This document shows, in pieces, positions 34,931-40,061 of a stretch of DNA of 40,061 nt (position 1 is its first letter; each line of letters begins with the position of its first letter). The notes under the pieces are model-generated. The model was not told where the DNA came from. It was given only the letters and a program-made list of their open reading frames with translations, and ran no database searches. The position numbers were made by a program, and so were the translations under genes. Origin of the DNA: Halocafeteria seosinensis (Eukaryota); the NCBI GenBank assembly GCA_001687465.1, contig LVLI01000233.1:186001-226061 (forward strand), written 5' to 3'.

Positions 34931-36733
34931 TCAGTGGCGGTGGGTAGGTATACGGTTGTACACCAGAAGACAAGAGACACTTGCGCTATCGTAGACTTGA
35001 CGAAGAGCATGCATAACGTCAAAGCGATGGATTAGTGTCAGTGTCCGCTGGGCCGAGGATAGCTGGAGATTGCAGCCACTAAGCGAGTGGAACCACTGAT
35101 TAAATAGAAGCCAAAACAATGGCCAAGTTGTTGTTGATGCTTTTGTTTCCATTGTGTGTATGCGGTGGGTTACAACAAGAGCAAACACAACCGTGATGGC
35201 GGCTACGCAGGTGAAGGAGACCAACGGGAGAAAGAGGGCGAGGAGTGTGGATGAAAAAAGTGCTCGTTGCGGTCGTTAAGCACAGGTCAAGAGCTCCATA
35301 CAAGGTCTCTAACGGAAGGGATGCCATTGTCGAAGGCGTTGGGTCCCCAAATTGTGGTGACAGACACAGACGCTGAAGACATCAGTGAGGCTTTAGGTGT
35401 GAACACGGAGGTCTGTTGCATTGTTTGTCTTGTGCCAATTTCAAATCAGTTTGAATGGCTGCCGAACGCTGACCGAAACAGTTCGTGTGGGTACCAAATT
35501 GATTAATCTTAATTTTGGACGGAACAGCACACGTCCGTGCCCAATTGCTCGCCCATCGCTGGGCCACTGAATATGAACGCTCGCCAATTCTCCATGATTC
35601 TCCGATGGTCTACTGAAAGTGATTACTATTCTCCGTAAACTGCAACGCTGTAACCGAAGGCTGGTCAAGGTAGAAGAATGCTGAAATGCAGAACTAGATA
35701 ATTGAGAACAATTCCGAATTGTGAGTGAGTCCACACGAGCAGCGGCATCCCACACATTTTTGTTCCAGAGGTTCGTCAAGCTTATTGTGCCAGCGAAATG
35801 TGGGAAACTACCACACGTACGGCTAAGCCTTCCGTAGGGGCCTACTCCTTCAAAAGAGCAGCTTGGCCATGACAGCGCGGATATTTGATCCAAAGCCTGA
35901 TGCCTGCTATCTCCAGCAGCGACTCCTTGCCAGTAGTTGACCACTGTTGGCAAGTCCCGCGCTTTCGCATCCGGACAAAGGCTGAGTAGCTCATCCGCTC
36001 TGAGTTCTGAAGTTCCCCTGTACTGGAACCATGTTTGCAGATCACCATGAGTACCGACGACACCATATTATACCACTGCTACCCGTCCTGTCTTGCAACC
36101 AGTTTAAACCTTATAAGTGCTACAGGTGCAAGTTCGATGACGGCTCCAAACCGAGTAACCCGAGTTCCATACTCCTAAACTGCTAAGAAAAATGCGAAGC
36201 CGCATCAACCTCTTCCAGTACCATACGAATCTTTCAACAGGCGCATGTAAACCAGTGTACTTTACGGTTCGATTGTGACTTCACTTTGTGTGACCAAGAA
36301 AGCTCGCCACTTGTTGAAGGACTTCCTTTGGAATGCAGAGGCGAAAAGGCTCGAGACTGAAATCGCCGCGTCAAAAAATTGGTTACATTGCGAATGTAAG
36401 CATGCCCACTGACTGTCCGGCATCTTCGATGGTTCCAAGCCAGAGATGAACCCAGGAAATGTGGATGTACATTGGTTGTTACCTCGCGAGAACCAGATGG
36501 GAAATCTACTGGAGCATGACACGGAAATTATACCATTCGTGATGGATGCGACGGGTGACTTCGTGGAAGGCACAATCAATTGATAAAGTGCTGGAAACGT
36601 TTGCCAGGAAAAACAGCGCTGATGAGGAAACTTCCGAACTGAGGTAATGGCTGAACCGTGTACTTCGTTGATGCTCCACAACGTGGTGAAGATGCATCAT
36701 ACTAGATTGAATCCGGGAAGCACTCGCATTCAC
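34931..36733 (-). pseudogene. Possible degenerate gene with LRR-like and transmembrane fragments
   Basis: Short same-strand ORFs (36681-36262, 35953-35441, 35224-34931) that I could not join by canonical splicing. One contains VDSLTIRNCSQLSSSAFQHSSTLTSLRLQRCSLRRI (LxxLxLxxCxL); a downstream one has a hydrophobic helix LVSFTCVAAITVVFALVV. Confidence 0.3.
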
Positions 36734-37066
36734 GGTCTAGCGTAGATTCCTTGGGGTAGAGCGATGCTGTATATAATACATGATCCCTATGTTCGAAATG
36801 GATAGCACTCGCGCGAGTTGATGTCGCTCTTTGTTCTGCGTCGTGCGTTCAGGTGAGAAAGTCGTATGTGTATTGTTTTTGACAGAGTGTCAGACACACA
36901 CACAAATGTGACAGATAGCCAGTGTTAAGCGGAGTGACAGACGCACATTTACAATTGGCAAGTGTCTCGGGCTTTAGTAGGCAATTCACACTTGCCCAAC
37001 AGTGTTGAAGAAGGCCACTCAGATCACTCGCATCAAAACTCAATTTATAAGAAAGATTCATCAGGC

Positions 37067-38393
37067 TCACGGGCTAGCAACTCTCTCTTTGCTGTCCTGA
37101 ATCTGACTTGGTTCCTCAACAACTGGGGGTTCGGCATTTGGAATCGTGGCCCTCTTCTCTTTCCTCTCATGAAGCCCACGGCATAAGGCAGTGGCAGTTA
37201 GACTTAAGATCAAAACAGTCATGTCGATCACACCAAGAATAAGGACAGATACTCTGTTAGCGACGAGGGTGGGCCAGCTTAACGACCATCCCGTCAATGG
37301 GACATTGATTCCCGGTAGTGATATATCCAGAAAACTTCGAGAAAGCAAGGTAAAATATATAATACCACTTATGAAGAAGTTGGCGAAAACCACAATGTAC
37401 GCAAGGACTTTGAAAGAATGAGCCAAACACTTTTTCCATGCTTTGTCAAGTTCACCGTGCTGTGTAAGTTGATGCAACAGAAAGCTGCCGATAAGAGCGA
37501 TTGCGTTTCCATTTTGAGCAGCGAACCTGCATTCGCATTTTGAAGGGTAAATACACGTCCAGCTTAAAAAGCTGCGGCGACCAAGTCAACATGTGCACAT
37601 ACCACGGCATTGCATGAAATCCCCCTACAATAGTAGGACAGCCTCCAATATTGGTCGTGACTAAGGCAGACGGAAAGGAAAGCCACATAGAATAGAATAA
37701 GAACCGAATGAGTTTTACGGAATACGGCATACTCGTAGGGTCACTACGTTTCACTCCCATTATCGCGCCTTTCCAGAATAGGCGCGTACACATATCCACG
37801 TTATCATCGAGTTCTTCAGAGAGCCAATCCAAGACTTGGTACTCGAAGAGAACAAGTAAGAAGACAGAGAACGAAAATGTGGCACAGAACCCCCAGATCT
37901 CTAGAAATCCGTTTTCAAATAGCCATCCCTTTAGGCCGCACGCGTCTGTTTCGATAGTCCCCGTTCTAAGATTTTCGTATGTTAGACTCGCAGAGCATGC
38001 GGAACCATTGTATCCTGTAGGAGAGGAGAGTTCAGTACCAGTCGTATTGACTGTAGGTTCGAAAGTCTTCAAATTGCCTGAGTCCCCATCGGGGATGACA
38101 TTCCAGAACAAAATGCTAATGTCTCTATCAAACTTTTTTGGTGGATGGAATTCAGTCACATATCCGTCAATGGGACAAGACCCCCTAAATATCTCCTGTT
38201 CACTGCCTTGCCAACAGGCGAATGTGAATATGTCCCCAACGTTTAGGCCTCCGGCATCTGGGTCTTCCTTCGTGATATTGGCGTAGGCACAACTGTCGTT
38301 CTGGTCCACTTCGACGACTACCACTATCGTGAGAACTACAGACAGTATCACCAGCAGGGCTCGGCTCAGCCAGATCCTACACGCTGTTCCCAT
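37067..38393 (-). CDS. Hypothetical multi-pass membrane protein with a Cys-containing glycosylated ectodomain (about 419 aa, 2 exons)
   Basis: Phase-0 intron 37526-37460 joins two ORFs. N-terminal hydrophobic segment ALLVILSVVLTIVVVV, sequons NIT, NTT and NGS, several Cys, then about 4-5 hydrophobic helices and a charged tail. No family recognised. Confidence 0.7.
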
Positions 38394-39183
38394 CTCGCCT
38401 TTCGCTGCATGGGGAAAGGGATTTGCCTTCTCACTAACCCTGTCGATGCAAGACAACAGGGATGTGTAGCAGGACATTTTGTATTAAATCCCTCCTTGTA
38501 CGGGAACGAGTACTCTTGGCTATTGAAAAGAAGTATGATTGACTGTCTGAATGAAGGCCGTCAACCCACCCACCGGCTGAGGCCACCGCGTCGCCAAGTC
38601 AAGTGCCACCCTGAACTGGAACACAAGTTTAGCAGTAATAGCCAATGTTCTCTCTTAATGCCAAAAGCAGAATGTAACAATTCCTACTGTATGTTATTCT
38701 GCTCGTTAGTAGAGGCAGAGGGTCAGAGAAGGACGCCAGCGAACGGTACGCAGGTCCGGTAGTCGGTGACAGGCCAGGTCCGCCCCAGCACATACTTCAG
38801 CTACCACCTTTACGTCCCTTGCCTAGCATGACGTCTTTGTATCCTAGCGGAGACATCATCTCAGAGTCACTGTGACTGACAATTTGCAGGTACCAAGCAA
38901 CAAGAATAAACCCTGTCGTCGCCGTGTCTGCGTGAGCAGTTGTCACACGAGGTCTGATGGCAGACTACTACTGTACAGCAGCTCACATCCAACTGCCGGT
39001 GGGACATTAGTCACATTTTCATCGTTTGTACTACCGGCGGCCAGTGGCAGGTAGGGGAATAGCAATAAAACCCTGTCAAAAATACGACCAAAGCGTAGAA
39101 AAACGGCAATGAGACTATGCTTTTCCGAAATACTGCTCGACCTCGGGATGTAATCGCTTTCAAGTAGGCGTCCTTAACTGCTT

Positions 39184-40061
39184 ATGAGTGGTACCATTTC
39201 AAAACTTAATTGTAGGCGCTTCGCAACCGACAGAGTAAATGAAATCCTGTACGTCCTAAACTTACGAACATGCTGCGCTGGGCTAGCCTGATTAATATGG
39301 TCGATGCACTCCTTGTGGTTTCGAGTAGCTACCTTCTGGTTGGATTTGTTTAACAATCTTTTGTGCTTGAAGTGACACGGGGGACAAAAAGTAGTCCCGT
39401 TCGTTCCAAAGCTTGCTACGAAGCTATTTCTCCACTGCCTTGACCGGAATTTTGTGGATTTTATAAAAGGAACAATGGTGCAAACCATGGGCAAGTTCAC
39501 ACTGTACGCAGTGCCGAAGGACACACGCAGTCTGCAGGTACAAATTGCGGCCTCAAGTGCAAACCTCCTTTTGCCCATCTATTTACATTGTATTGTCTGC
39601 AAAGCACAAAAAAGGGATATACATGTAGTGGGTAGTGCAAAAAAGTGTCATTATTGTCAAATATTATCAGATACGTTTTAGTTGTTTCTTGGTTATTGTG
39701 GAAGGAAGTGTATACACCCAAAACGAAAAGTGGCTCGTCCCAACGAAGACAGACAAGAGTTTTGTTTCCGAGCATTCCGACGGAAAACGGAATCAGCGGG
39801 AGACTCTCGGCGAGTCTCTCGCCTTCTTTCGTTTCATTGGGAGCGAAAGCATTGACAAAGACGACGACGAAGATGTGACCGACAAAGGCAGTCAATCGGA
39901 TACTGTACCTCCTTCAGACTGAGCCTTGTCGGTACCTCTGACATTGTGGGCGCAGGCATGGCTCCTCCCCCGATGCCTCCTGAGCTTAACCAGTGCTGTG
40001 TTCCCTCACGGCGCATGTCAGCAAGGCTGCAGGAACAGCGGGCCCGTCGCTGCTTAACACG
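39184..40061. other. Unresolved coding-like or degenerate region
   Basis: Several overlapping short ORFs on both strands with splice-like signals (GTACGT at 39249, CAG|GTAC near 39538). No consistent gene model or domain was found. Confidence 0.2.

Noticed and set aside
39801..39819. Inverted repeat GAGACTC-tcggc-GAGTCTC
   Set aside because: A 7-bp stem with no supporting context is expected by chance in 40 kb.
1..40061. Prokaryotic defence system, CRISPR array, prophage, giant-virus insert or intact transposon
   Set aside because: No repeat-spacer array and no transposase, reverse transcriptase, integrase or capsid motif was seen. The genes are eukaryotic housekeeping types, most with introns.

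Overview
Gene-dense eukaryotic nuclear DNA from a compact protist genome. It is not prokaryotic, and no CRISPR array, rRNA or tRNA was seen. Genes carry short GT-AG introns of about 62-90 nt with GTAAGT/GTACGT/GTATGT donors, so the ORF track fragments most genes and misses one completely. A stramenopile-like origin is a guess. In order: 3' part of an OST3/OST6 subunit; a low-complexity hypothetical protein; a 5-exon mitochondrial 2Fe-2S ferredoxin absent from the ORF track; an ankyrin-WW-RING protein; UTP12/WDR3; a FERM-IQ protein whose ATG appears split by an intron; a large ankyrin protein; an SDIR1-like membrane RING-H2 ligase; an OSCA/TMEM63 channel; a FAM173-like methyltransferase head-to-head (92 bp) with a JmjC oxygenase; THOC3; two diverged tandem paralogues (coiled coil plus PH-like domain) sharing intron positions; a Sec1/Munc18 protein; a degenerate LRR-like stretch; an orphan multi-pass membrane protein; and an unresolved terminal region. 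I cannot demonstrate a clearly novel multi-gene system. The best leads are the PH-like paralogue pair, the methyltransferase-JmjC pair, the FERM-IQ gene and the overlapping or abutting convergent gene ends. All splice models were read by hand and family calls are from motif recognition, not database searches.
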